Origin: an uncultured Clostridia bacterium
Lineage (GTDB): Bacteria; Bacillota; Clostridia; TANB77; CAG-465
Reading direction: 5' to 3'
DNA: 64,000 bases
Assembly (NCBI GenBank): GCA_934149365.1
Contig: CAKPEI010000004.1
Location: 112,487 to 176,486 of the forward strand
The position numbers and the translations under genes were made by a program. Position 1 is the stretch's first letter; each line of letters starts with the position of its first letter. Under the pieces are notes generated by a model. That model was not told the DNA's origin, made no database searches, and saw only the letters and a program-made list of their open reading frames with translations. Shown here piece by piece: positions 9,958 to 19,338 of this stretch.

Positions 9958-12726
9958 ATGGGAATAATCGAAAAAATAATAGGAACGTACAGTAGTAGAG
10001 AAATAAAAAAGATACTACCATTAGTAGATAAAATAGAAGCTTTAGATGAAACTATGCAAAAGCTTTCTGATGCAGAATTAAAGGCAAAAACAGATGAGTT
10101 TAAGAAAAGACTTGCAAATGGTGAAACTTTAGATGACATATTAGTTGAAGCTTTTGCTGTTGTTCGTGAAGCAGCATATAGAGTTCTTAATATGAAACAC
10201 TTTAGGGTGCAGCTTATTGGTGGAATAATATTACATCAAGGAAGAATTGCTGAAATGAAAACAGGTGAGGGAAAAACTTTAGTTGCAACTTTACCTGTGT
10301 ATCTTAATGCACTTACAGGTAAAGGGGTTCATGTTGTAACTGTAAATGATTACTTGGCATCTCGTGATAGCGTTTGGATGGGAAAAGTGTATAAATTTTT
10401 AGGGTTAACAGTAGGACTAGTTGTTCCATCCATGTCTCCTAAAGATAAGAAAAAAGCATATGCCTCTGATGTAATTTATGCAACAAATAATGAACTTGGT
10501 TTTGACTATTTAAGAGACAATATGTGTATGTCAAAAGAAGATATGGTTCAAAGAGAGCTTAATTATGCAATAGTAGACGAAATAGATAGTATATTGATAG
10601 ACGAAGCCAGAACTCCACTTATAATATCTGGTATGGGAGACAAATCTACTGATTTATATGAAAAAGCAAACAAGTTAGTAAAGAAAATGACACCAAGAGT
10701 AATTGTTGAGGGCAATGATAAGGAATTTGATGATGATAATGAGAAGTATGACTATGTAGTAGACTTAAAAGCTAAAAGTGTATCCTTAACAGAAAAAGGT
10801 ACTAAAAAATGTGAAGAGTTCTTTGGAATTGGAGAACTATCTGATATGGATAATATGGAAATATCTCATCATATAAACCAAGCATTAAAAGCATATGGAA
10901 TTATGAAAAAAGATATTGATTATATAGAAAAAGATGGTGAAATACTTATAGTTGATGAGTTTACTGGACGTATAATGGAAGGTAGAAGATATAGTGATGG
11001 ACTTCACCAAGCTATAGAAGCAAAAGAAGGAGTGAAAATAGCAAGAGAATCAAAAACACTTGCTACGATAACATTCCAAAATTTCTTCAGGTTATATTCT
11101 AAGTTGTCTGGTATGACAGGTACAGCTAAAACAGAAGAAACAGAATTTAAAGGCATATATGGACTTGACGTTATAGAAATTCCAACAAACAGAGAAACAA
11201 TAAGAATAGATAGAAATGATGTAGTGTATAAAACTGAAAGAGGAAAGTATAACGCAATAGTAGAAGACGTAAAGGAAAGCTATGAAAAAGGACAACCAGT
11301 TCTAGTTGGTACAGTATCAATAGAAAAATCTGAAATACTAAGTAAAATGCTAGATAAGGAAAGAATTCCACATAAAGTTTTAAATGCAAAATATCATGAA
11401 AAAGAAGCTGAGATAGTAGCACAAGCTGGTAAGTATAAAACAGTTACAATAGCAACTAACATGGCCGGAAGAGGAACAGATATTTTACTTGGAGGAAACG
11501 CTGAATTCTTAGCAAAAAGGAAATTGCTAGGAAAAGGTATAGATCCAGAAAAAATAGAATTTGCATCTGGTTATGCTAATACTGATGACGAAGAGCTATT
11601 ACAAATAAGGAAAGAGTATAAAGAGTTAGAGAGTGAATTTAAAAAAGAAATAGATGAAGATAAGAAAAAAGTAATTGCTGCTGGTGGTCTTAAAATAATT
11701 GGTAGTGAAAGACATGAATCAAGAAGAATTGATAACCAGTTAAGAGGTAGATCTGGAAGACAGGGGGATCCTGGTGAAAGCCGTTTCTACATTTCACTTG
11801 AAGATGATCTTATGAAATTGTTCGGGGGAGATACAGTAGCTACTGTTGCAAATACAATGCAACTTCCAGAAGATATGCCAATTGAGATGGGTATTCTAAC
11901 AAGAGCTATAAGAACTGCTCAAAAAAGAGTAGAAGGTAGAAACTATAGTATAAGAAAAAGTGTGCTTGAATATGACGATGTTATGAACAAACAAAGAGAT
12001 GTAATATATAAACAGAGAAAACAAATTTTAGATGATGAGTCTGTAGAAAATGATATTATGAAAATAACTAAGGCTCAGATAAATAAAATTGTAGCTGAGC
12101 ATATGGCACATGTAAGACATTCAAGTGAAATTGATATGGAAACGTTTGCACTTGCACTATATAACTTATTTGGAAAAGAGCAATTGGTTACGTTAGAAGA
12201 TGTTGAAAATGTGGATATGAACGAAACATTTGAGACAATATTTGCAAAAGTAAAAGACATATATCAAGATAGAATAAAAGAATTTGAGGAAAAAGGTGCA
12301 ATAGAAGCGTACAGGAAGATAGAGAAATACATATTACTAAAAACTGTAGATGAAAAATGGATGAATCACATTGATGATATGGCACATTTAAAAGAAGGAA
12401 TTCATTTAAGAGCATATGGTCAAAGTAGTCCAGTAGATGCATACAAAATAGAGGGCTTTGATTTGTTTGAAGAAATGAATGAAGCTATACAAGAAGATGT
12501 TTTGAAAGCAGTATTTACAGTTAAGTTTAATAGATCTGATGTACCTGTTAAAGAAAATGTAATTGATGCAAACTATGAGAAGCAAAGTGTATCAGCATTT
12601 TCTGATAATAATTCTACTCCAGCTCCAAAAGAACCAATTAGAGTTGCAAAGAAAGTTGGAAAAAATGAACTTTGCCCATGTGGTTCAGGGAAAAAATATA
12701 AATATTGTTGCGGCAAGGAGCAATAG
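9958..12726 (+). CDS. secA: Preprotein translocase ATPase SecA
   Basis: ATG at 9958 sits behind GGAGG (9943-9947) and is preferred over the listed 9940. Motifs [13 protein letters not shown] (Walker A), [30 protein letters not shown]-terminal zinc motif [14 protein letters not shown]. Confidence 0.97.
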   Translation: MGIIEKIIGTYSSREIKKILPLVDKIEALDETMQKLSDAELKAKTDEFKKRLANGETLDDILVEAFAVVREAAYRVLNMKHFRVQLIGGIILHQGRIAEMKTGEGKTLVATLPVYLNALTGKGVHVVTVNDYLASRDSVWMGKVYKFLGLTVGLVVPSMSPKDKKKAYASDVIYATNNELGFDYLRDNMCMSKEDMVQRELNYAIVDEIDSILIDEARTPLIISGMGDKSTDLYEKANKLVKKMTPRVIVEGNDKEFDDDNEKYDYVVDLKAKSVSLTEKGTKKCEEFFGIGELSDMDNMEISHHINQALKAYGIMKKDIDYIEKDGEILIVDEFTGRIMEGRRYSDGLHQAIEAKEGVKIARESKTLATITFQNFFRLYSKLSGMTGTAKTEETEFKGIYGLDVIEIPTNRETIRIDRNDVVYKTERGKYNAIVEDVKESYEKGQPVLVGTVSIEKSEILSKMLDKERIPHKVLNAKYHEKEAEIVAQAGKYKTVTIATNMAGRGTDILLGGNAEFLAKRKLLGKGIDPEKIEFASGYANTDDEELLQIRKEYKELESEFKKEIDEDKKKVIAAGGLKIIGSERHESRRIDNQLRGRSGRQGDPGESRFYISLEDDLMKLFGGDTVATVANTMQLPEDMPIEMGILTRAIRTAQKRVEGRNYSIRKSVLEYDDVMNKQRDVIYKQRKQILDDESVENDIMKITKAQINKIVAEHMAHVRHSSEIDMETFALALYNLFGKEQLVTLEDVENVDMNETFETIFAKVKDIYQDRIKEFEEKGAIEAYRKIEKYILLKTVDEKWMNHIDDMAHLKEGIHLRAYGQSSPVDAYKIEGFDLFEEMNEAIQEDVLKAVFTVKFNRSDVPVKENVIDANYEKQSVSAFSDNNSTPAPKEPIRVAKKVGKNELCPCGSGKKYKYCCGKEQ

Positions 12727-12838
12727 TACAAAAAAGTTAAGAGCGTAACAACTAATAGTTAGATTGAAATAAAATAAAGGTGTGAACATTTATATTGTGT
12801 TGGCACCTTTTAAACTCTAATAGAATGGAGGTATAACA

Positions 12839-13849
12839 ATGGAAGAAAATAACAATAATATTGTAATTTATCAAACTGATGATGGAACGACAAAAATAGC
12901 TGTAAAACTAGAAGATGAAACAGTATGGTTATCACAACAACAGATGGCTTACTTATATGATACGACTAAACAAAATATAAGTTTGCATATTAAAAATATC
13001 TTTGATGAAGAAGAATTAGACATAAATTCAACTGTCAAGGAATTCTTGACAGTTCAAAAAGAAGGAAATCGAAAAGTTGAAAGAAAAGTTAAATATTACA
13101 ATTTAGATATGATTATATCTTTAGGATATAGAATAAAATCAAAAGTTGCTACTAATTTTAGAAGATGGGCGACTGAAAGATTAAAAGAATATATGATTAA
13201 AGGCTTCACTATGGATGATGAAAGACTTAAAGGTAACGGTGGCGGTAATTATTGGAAAGAATTGCTTGCTAGAATTAAAGATATAAGGTCATCTGAAAAG
13301 GTATTATATAGACAAGTTCTTGATTTGTATGCGACTGCTGTAGATTATAATCCTAAAGACAGTAAATCAATTGAATTTTTTAAAATTGTTCAAAATAAAC
13401 TTCATTATGCTGTCCATGGACATACAGCACCTGAAGTAATATATGAAAGGGCAAATTCTGATAAACCTTTTATGGGATTAACTACTTTTAAAGGTGATTT
13501 GCCAGTAATGAGTGATGTTATAATTGCTAAAAATTATTTAACAGAAGAAGAATTAAAAATTTTAAATAATTTAGTATCTGGATATTTTGATTTTGCTGAA
13601 ATACAAGCAATTAGACATAATCCAATGCATATGGATGATTATATTAAGCAACTGGATACAATCCTTTCTAGTACTGGAGAAAAGCTACTTGTTGGTGCAG
13701 GTGCAATTAGTCATAATAAAGCAATAGAAAAAGCAAAAGATGAATATAAGAAATATCAAGTAAAAACAATAAGTCCGGTGGAAAAAGAGTATTTAGAAAC
13801 TTTAAAAGCAATAAGTAGTAAAATTGATGATAAAGCAAAGAGTGAATAG
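12839..13849 (+). CDS. RhuM-family (virulence/Fic-associated) protein
   Basis: N-terminus IVIYQTDDGTTKIAVKLEDETVWLSQQQMAYLYDTTKQNISLHIKNIF and ..LGYRIKSKVATNFRRWATERLKEY are typical of the RhuM family. GGAGG SD present. Confidence 0.75.
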   Translation: MEENNNNIVIYQTDDGTTKIAVKLEDETVWLSQQQMAYLYDTTKQNISLHIKNIFDEEELDINSTVKEFLTVQKEGNRKVERKVKYYNLDMIISLGYRIKSKVATNFRRWATERLKEYMIKGFTMDDERLKGNGGGNYWKELLARIKDIRSSEKVLYRQVLDLYATAVDYNPKDSKSIEFFKIVQNKLHYAVHGHTAPEVIYERANSDKPFMGLTTFKGDLPVMSDVIIAKNYLTEEELKILNNLVSGYFDFAEIQAIRHNPMHMDDYIKQLDTILSSTGEKLLVGAGAISHNKAIEKAKDEYKKYQVKTISPVEKEYLETLKAISSKIDDKAKSE

Positions 13850-14055
13850 AGTGTATCATGTAGGTATACTCTATTTTTATATGTATATCAATGATAAGGA
13901 GAGTGATAAAATGATGTAAATAAAACTAGGGTAGATTCAACATGCCTAATAAGGGAAATTTACTTTTTATGTAATGTGTGATATAATGTGACAAAATAAA
14001 TAAGGAAACTTGTACTTATTAATACAAGTAATAAAAAATGAAAGGCGGAAATGAT

Positions 14056-14688
14056 ATGGAAAAAGAGAGAAGAGTAGTAGAATATTATGTTTTGTGTAAT
14101 AAACTTAAAAATCTTATACGAACGGGATGGAAAGATTGGAATGTCAAAAGAGAAAGATTAGAAAGCGTTGCAGAACATATATATGGCACTCAAATGCTTG
14201 CAATTGCTATGAAATCAGAATATGAATATGACATAGATATAATGAAAGTTGTATTTATGTTAGCAGTTCACGAACTTGAAGAAACTTGCATAGGTGATTT
14301 GACACAGTTTCAAATATCAAAAGAAGAAAAAGATAAATTGGGACATGAAGCAGTTACTAAAGTTTTAAGTAAGTTAATTGACGGAGAGCAAATATATAAA
14401 ATAATTGAAGAATTTGATGAAAGAAAAACTAAGGAAGCATTATTTGCACACTTTGTTGATAAGCTTGAATGTGATTTGCAGAGTAAGTTATACGATGAAG
14501 AAAATTGTGTTGATTTGAATAAGCAGCAGAATAATAAAACATATTATGATGCTGATGTTCAAAGATTACTTAAAGAAGGCGGAAGCTGGTCTGATATGTG
14601 GTTAAAGTTTGGAAGACAAAAATATAACTATGATCAAAATTTTGAGGCTGTTTCTAAGTATGCACAAACTCATAAACTGTTAAAATAA
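14056..14688 (+). CDS. HD-superfamily hydrolase, YfbR-like 5'-nucleotidase fold, with H-E in place of the H-D dyad
   Basis: VAEHIYGTQMLAI .. AVHELEETCIGDL .. FVDKLECD spacing matches YfbR-type HD proteins. The in-frame ATG at 14056 has a better SD (aaaggcgga) than 14038. Confidence 0.65.
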   Translation: MEKERRVVEYYVLCNKLKNLIRTGWKDWNVKRERLESVAEHIYGTQMLAIAMKSEYEYDIDIMKVVFMLAVHELEETCIGDLTQFQISKEEKDKLGHEAVTKVLSKLIDGEQIYKIIEEFDERKTKEALFAHFVDKLECDLQSKLYDEENCVDLNKQQNNKTYYDADVQRLLKEGGSWSDMWLKFGRQKYNYDQNFEAVSKYAQTHKLLK

Positions 14689-14695
14689 AATAATA

Positions 14696-14719
14696 AAGCT
14701 CCTATTAATTTAGGAGCTT
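14696..14719 (+). terminator. Terminator hairpin, copy 1 of a duplicated 30-nt module
   Basis: aagctcct (14696-14703) / aggagctt (14712-14719). The 30-nt string ataataaagctcctattaatttaggagctt (14690-14719) recurs exactly at 15667-15696. Confidence 0.7.
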
Positions 14720-14764
14720 GGATTTTATTAATATTAATTTTTTGATAAAAGAAAAGAATATATC

Positions 14765-14793
14765 TTGACAAATCAAACAAATGTTTGTATAAT
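14765..14793 (+). promoter_or_regulatory. Consensus sigma-A promoter of the Bro-N/DinD-like gene, with a palindrome in the spacer
   Basis: TTGACA (14765-14770), 17 nt, TATAAT (14788-14793). The spacer contains the inverted repeat CAAACAAATGTTTG (14774-14787). Confidence 0.65.
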
Positions 14794-14816
14794 ATTTTAC
14801 ATCGTAGGAGGTGCCT

Positions 14817-15638
14817 ATGGAACATAAATTAGCTCTTTTCGAAGGAAAAAAAGTAAGAAAAATATGGAAAGAAGATAAGTGGTATTTTAGTGTTATAGAT
14901 GTAATATATGTATTAACTGATAGTAATAAACCTAGAGATTATTGGTACAGATTAAAAAAGAGAGCTAGTACCGAAGAACAAGTTGAGTTGTCGACAATTT
15001 GTCGACAACTGAAAATGCAGTCAAATGATGGCAAAAAATATAATACTGATTGTGCTGATACGGCTGGAATATTACGTATTATTCAATCCATACCGTCTTT
15101 AAAAGCAGAACCTTTTAAAAGATGGCTTGCAAAAGTTGGAAGTGAGAGAATAGATGAAATTAATAATCCTGAACTTGCAATGGATAGGATGAAACAAATA
15201 TATGAAAATAAGGGATATTCAAAAGCGTGGATTGAACAAAGGGAACGAGGAATAATTACAAGGCATAATTTGACAGATGAATGGAGAGAACGAGGTGCAA
15301 AAGTTGGCAGAGATTATGCTATATTAACAAATGAGATATATAAATATGGGTTTGGACTTAGTGCCAGAGAATATAAAAATATTAAAGGATTACACGAAAG
15401 TAAAAATTTAAGAGATTCTATGACTAATATTGAACTTGCATTGACAAATTTAGGAGAGGCAACTGCTGTTGAAATGCATCAAAAAAATGATAGTAAGGGT
15501 TTAAATCAATTAAAAAGAGATACTGGTGAAGCAGGTAAAGTTATAAATTCGGCCAAAAATGAAATTGAGAAAAGATTAGAAAGACCAATAATCACTTCAA
15601 AAAATTATCTTGAATTAACTGAAAAAATAATAAAATAA
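14817..15638 (+). CDS. Bro-N domain protein with DinD-like (DNA-damage-inducible protein D) C-terminal half
   Basis: ATG at 14817 behind TAGGAGG. N-terminus LALFEGKKVRKIWKEDKWYFSVIDVIYVL resembles Bro-N. C-terminal LRDSMTNIELALTNLGEATAVE resembles the E. coli DinD segment ILDHMGSTELAANLFRATQTE (from memory). Confidence 0.65.
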   Translation: MEHKLALFEGKKVRKIWKEDKWYFSVIDVIYVLTDSNKPRDYWYRLKKRASTEEQVELSTICRQLKMQSNDGKKYNTDCADTAGILRIIQSIPSLKAEPFKRWLAKVGSERIDEINNPELAMDRMKQIYENKGYSKAWIEQRERGIITRHNLTDEWRERGAKVGRDYAILTNEIYKYGFGLSAREYKNIKGLHESKNLRDSMTNIELALTNLGEATAVEMHQKNDSKGLNQLKRDTGEAGKVINSAKNEIEKRLERPIITSKNYLELTEKIIK

Positions 15639-15674
15639 TAAAATAATAAAATAATAAAATAATAAAATAATAAA
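15627..15674 (+). repeat. Perfect tandem octamer (ATAATAAA) x6
   Basis: Six head-to-tail copies counted from 15627 to 15674. The array spans the last codons and stop of the Bro-N gene and runs into the terminator stem. Only one full copy precedes the other terminator copy (14690-14697). Confidence 0.9.
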
Positions 15675-15696
15675 GCTCCTATTAATTTAGGAGCTT
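15673..15696. terminator. Bidirectional terminator hairpin, copy 2 of the duplicated module
   Basis: aagctcct (15673-15680) / aggagctt (15689-15696). It overlaps the last codons and stop (15687-15689) of the convergent tlpA-like gene. Confidence 0.7.
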
Positions 15697-16283
15697 TGGT
15701 TTCTTTCTATTAATTGATCTAATTCTTCTAATGTTATAGTTCCTTCATGTGAGTCAATTAGTTTAGCATCTTTATCTAATATGTATGTAAGTGGAACAGA
15801 GTCAGCTTCAGGATTTATATTTGAACGTATTATTCTTTTTTCATCGAAATACACTTCATAATTTAAGTCATTTTTTCTCATGTATTCAGCAAGTTCATTT
15901 ATATCATTATCATGTGATATAACATATATGGTATATCCTTTATTTTGATAATCTGTTAATGCTGTCTTTAAAACATCATATTCTTCTTGGCAATGAGAAC
16001 ACCATGAAGCCCAGAAGAATATTAGAGATTTATGTCCCTTAAACATATTTTCATTATAATCAGTTATTATACGTATAGTTGAGTCATTGTCCACTGTTAT
16101 TATTTGATTATTGTTAAGCGATGCGTTACTAGAAGATGGAGCTGTAGTGCTAGTGTTATCGCTATTTAGATTTTCAGCTTTGGTTGATAAATATTGAACT
16201 AAAGTATATATAAAGCATATGGCTGCTATTATTACAAGTAGTATAATGATGTACAATATAATTCTACTTTTGTCTTTTTTCAT
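15687..16283 (-). CDS. Membrane-anchored TlpA/ResA-like thiol-disulfide oxidoreductase (thioredoxin fold)
   Basis: WASWCSHCQEE CxxC motif and an N-terminal TM helix. ATG at 16283 follows AGGAGG and is preferred over the listed 16316. Confidence 0.85.
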   Translation of the reverse strand: MKKDKSRIILYIIILLVIIAAICFIYTLVQYLSTKAENLNSDNTSTTAPSSSNASLNNNQIITVDNDSTIRIITDYNENMFKGHKSLIFFWASWCSHCQEEYDVLKTALTDYQNKGYTIYVISHDNDINELAEYMRKNDLNYEVYFDEKRIIRSNINPEADSVPLTYILDKDAKLIDSHEGTITLEELDQLIERNQSS

Positions 16284-16364
16284 TATTTTCCTCCTAGAAT
16301 GTCTATAGTATAACACAAAATAGTAAAAAATTGAACAGAAAAAATATATAATTTCAAATTTCTA

Positions 16365-16393
16365 TTTACAAATAACTATTTTTTTGATATAAT
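16365..16393 (+). promoter_or_regulatory. Promoter for tRNA-Lys
   Basis: TTTACA (16365-16370), 17 nt, TGaTATAAT extended -10 (16385-16393), about 18 nt upstream of the tRNA 5' end. Confidence 0.55.
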
Positions 16394-16410
16394 AATTTAG
16401 CGTTAGAGAT

Positions 16411-16486
<76 letters not shown>

Positions 16487-16494
16487 TTTTTTTA

Positions 16495-16525
16495 CCTTCT
16501 ACTTTTTAGTAGGAGGCTTTTTTTA
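16495..16525 (+). terminator. Terminator after tRNA-Lys
   Basis: Stem ccttctact (16495-16503) / agtaggagg (16509-16517), then cttttttt. Confidence 0.7.
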
Positions 16526-16630
16526 ATTTTAAAAAAATATATAAAGTTATAAAAAATGAACTTGAATTTGTAACATAAATGTAATTTAATTACGTTTTAA
16601 TTTATACAATAAACATAGCTTTTTTTAACT

Positions 16631-16860
16631 ACATAAAAAATAGAAAAAATGTGAAAAAATGCGATTTTTCAAAAAAATAAAAAAATAAAAAGTGCTAAAA
16701 AATGCCAAAAAAGTCAAAAATGCTAAAAAACGCGTAACCCTAGAAATATAACGGCAAAGTATTGTTTTTGCGGAACAAAAAGTGCGATAAAAACGGCTAA
16801 AAATTACATAAAAATGAAAAAATGATGTAATCAAAAAATAGCAAAAAAATAACAAAAAAT
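16631..16860. other. Helically phased A-tract array (predicted intrinsically curved DNA) upstream of the nrdD promoter
   Basis: A5-7 tracts start near 16635, 16644, 16654, 16671, 16681, 16697, 16707, 16716, 16725 and again near 16778, 16789, 16798, 16810, 16818, 16834, 16844, 16854. Spacing is about 9-11 bp. Confidence 0.7.
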
Positions 16861-16896
16861 ATATTGACTATGTATGTATATTGGTGTAATATATTG
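16858..16896 (+). promoter_or_regulatory. nrdD promoter with two AATATATTG repeats (possible NrdR boxes)
   Basis: TTGACT (16864-16869), 17 nt, TAATAT (16887-16892). AATATATTG occurs at 16858-16866 and 16888-16896 (30 bp apart), overlapping the -35 and -10. It partly matches the NrdR-box core (acaCwAtATaTwGtgt, from memory). Confidence 0.45.
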
Positions 16897-16919
16897 TCAT
16901 ATCGAGGGGGGAATTTGAT

Positions 16920-19319
16920 ATGTCAGAATTACAAGAAAACAATATAACATTATTAGTTGTAAAAAGAGATGGAAAAAAGGTTGACTTTAATGGTTCTAAA
17001 ATAGCACTAGCAATAAAAAAAGGGTTTGACAGTGTAAAAACAGAAGAGGAAGATGCAGTAAAATATACTGAGAAGGATGTCCACAAAGTATATCAAGCTG
17101 TTATAGATAGATTAGAGGAGTTAAATAAAGAAAAGGAAAAAGTAAAAATTGAAGAAATTCAAGATATGATTGAGGATGAACTTCAAAAAAGAGGTTATGA
17201 AGATGTTTTTGAATCTTTTTCTAATTATAGAGAAAGAAGAGCTCAATCAAGAAAAGTATTTTTTGATGAGAAAAAACAACATAAGTTTTTAAAAGCGTTA
17301 GAAGGTTTAGGCCTTAAATCTGCTCATGAAGAAGATGCAAAACGTGAAAACGCAAATGTTGATGGCGATACTGCTATGGGAACTATGCTTCAATATGGTA
17401 GTACTGTATCAAAAGAATTTGCTAAGTCATATTTAATGAAAAGAAAATTCGCAGAAGCTCATGATAGTGGTGAAATTCATATACATGATATGGACTTCAT
17501 GCCAATGGGAACAACAACTTGTTGTCAAATTGATATAAACAAATTATTTAAAAATGGCTTTTCAACAGGACATGGTCATCTAAGAGAGCCAAAAGATATA
17601 ATGTCATATACAGCACTTGCAGCAATAGCAATACAATCTAACCAAAATGATCAACATGGTGGACAAAGTATACCAGCATTTGATTATTACATGGCACCAG
17701 GTGTTCTTATAACATTCAAGAAACAATTAAAACAAACAATATATGATTACTTAGATTTAACAGATTTCAAATATTATATTAACATGGATAAAATAGCAAG
17801 AGAGATTGATAGACTACCTAGTATAGAGATAAATGCAGAAGAAGTATTTGAACCATTTTATAAAGAATCAGAAGAATTAAAAAGATTATTTATGAAATCT
17901 TATGAAAAAGCAATTCAGAAGACTAATCGTATAACTTACCAGGCTATGGAAGCATTTATACATAACTTAAATACTATGCATTCAAGAGCAGGAGCTCAAG
18001 TACCATTTTCTTCTATAAATTTCGGAACAGATACATCACCAGAAGGAAGAATGGTTATAGAAAATTACTTAAAAGCAACTGATGCAGGATTAGGTAAAAA
18101 TGAAACACCTATATTCCCTATATCAATTTTCAAAGTTAAAGAGGGAGTAAATTACAACAAGGAAGATAAGAACTATGATTTATTTAAGTTAGCTTGCAAG
18201 GTTTCTGCTAAGAGACTTTTCCCTAACTTCTCATTCATAGATTCTCCATATAATTTACAATATTACAAACCAGGAGATTACAATACAGAAGTTGCATATA
18301 TGGGTTGTAGAACAAGAGTACTTGGAAATGTAGTAGACCCAAATAAAGCTGTAACAGCAGGTAGAGGAAACTTATCTTTTACTTCTATTAACCTTCCAAG
18401 ACTTGGTATAAAACATGGTATAGTAAGTAATGAAAAAACTGATTTAGATGGCTTCTTTGCTGAACTTGAAGAGAAGATGGAACTTGTTAAAGACCAATTA
18501 TTAGAAAGATTTGAAGTTCAATGCAATAAAAGAGTATATAATTTCCCATTTTTACTAGGACAAGGTGTTTGGTTAGATAGCGAAAAACTAAAACCAGGTG
18601 ATAGATTAAGAAAAATATATAAACATGGAACATTGACATTTGGATTTATAGGTCTTGCAGAATGTTTAAAAGCTTTAATAGGTAAACATCATGGTGAAAG
18701 TGCAGAAGCTCAAGAATTAGGTTTAAAGATAATTGGCTTCATGAGAAAGAAAGCTGATGAATATGCAGAAAAATATAATCTTAACTTTTCTGTTATAGCA
18801 ACTCCAGCAGAAGGATTGTCAGGAAGATTTGTTAATATAGATAAAGCTATATATGGAAAGATAAAAGGAGTTACAGATAGAGAATATTATACAAATTCAT
18901 TCCATGTACCAGTTTACTATAATATATCTGTTGCTAAAAAAATAAAAACTGAAGCTCCATATCATGCACTAACAAATGCAGGTCATATTTCATATATAGA
19001 ATTAGACGGAGATACTACAAATAATATTGATGCTTTTGAAAAAGTAGTAAGACTTATGAAAGAGAATGGAATAGGTTATGGTGCTATAAATCATCCAGTA
19101 GATAGAGATCCAGTTTGTGGATTTACTGGAGTTATAGGAGATCAATGTCCTGGTTGTGGTAGAACAGAAGCAGATGGCGTAGGATTTGAAAGAATTAGAA
19201 GAATAACAGGATATCTTGTTGGTACAGTTGATAGATTTAATAACGGAAAAAGAGCAGAAGAAAGAGATAGAGTAAAACATACTATTGAATTAACTAAAGA
19301 AGATAAATCTGAAGAATAA
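16920..19319 (+). CDS. nrdD: Anaerobic ribonucleoside-triphosphate reductase (class III)
   Basis: N-terminal ATP-cone (VVKRDGKKVDFNGSKIALAIKKGF). C-terminal CPGCG zinc site and glycyl-radical motif RRITGYLVG. 799 aa. Confidence 0.95.
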   Translation: MSELQENNITLLVVKRDGKKVDFNGSKIALAIKKGFDSVKTEEEDAVKYTEKDVHKVYQAVIDRLEELNKEKEKVKIEEIQDMIEDELQKRGYEDVFESFSNYRERRAQSRKVFFDEKKQHKFLKALEGLGLKSAHEEDAKRENANVDGDTAMGTMLQYGSTVSKEFAKSYLMKRKFAEAHDSGEIHIHDMDFMPMGTTTCCQIDINKLFKNGFSTGHGHLREPKDIMSYTALAAIAIQSNQNDQHGGQSIPAFDYYMAPGVLITFKKQLKQTIYDYLDLTDFKYYINMDKIAREIDRLPSIEINAEEVFEPFYKESEELKRLFMKSYEKAIQKTNRITYQAMEAFIHNLNTMHSRAGAQVPFSSINFGTDTSPEGRMVIENYLKATDAGLGKNETPIFPISIFKVKEGVNYNKEDKNYDLFKLACKVSAKRLFPNFSFIDSPYNLQYYKPGDYNTEVAYMGCRTRVLGNVVDPNKAVTAGRGNLSFTSINLPRLGIKHGIVSNEKTDLDGFFAELEEKMELVKDQLLERFEVQCNKRVYNFPFLLGQGVWLDSEKLKPGDRLRKIYKHGTLTFGFIGLAECLKALIGKHHGESAEAQELGLKIIGFMRKKADEYAEKYNLNFSVIATPAEGLSGRFVNIDKAIYGKIKGVTDREYYTNSFHVPVYYNISVAKKIKTEAPYHALTNAGHISYIELDGDTTNNIDAFEKVVRLMKENGIGYGAINHPVDRDPVCGFTGVIGDQCPGCGRTEADGVGFERIRRITGYLVGTVDRFNNGKRAEERDRVKHTIELTKEDKSEE

Positions 19320-19338
19320 TAACTAAAAGGTGGTTAAA

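Noticed and set aside
12839-15638. Prophage or prophage remnant (RhuM, Bro-N)
   Set aside because: The window has no integrase, repressor/Cro pair, terminase, capsid, tail or lysis genes. These are isolated cargo-type genes, so I call it only an accessory islet.
16625-16855. 76-aa Phe-rich ORF on the - strand upstream of nrdD
   Set aside because: It is the translation of phased poly-A/poly-T tracts. It has no SD and extreme low complexity, and it fits better as curved promoter-upstream DNA.
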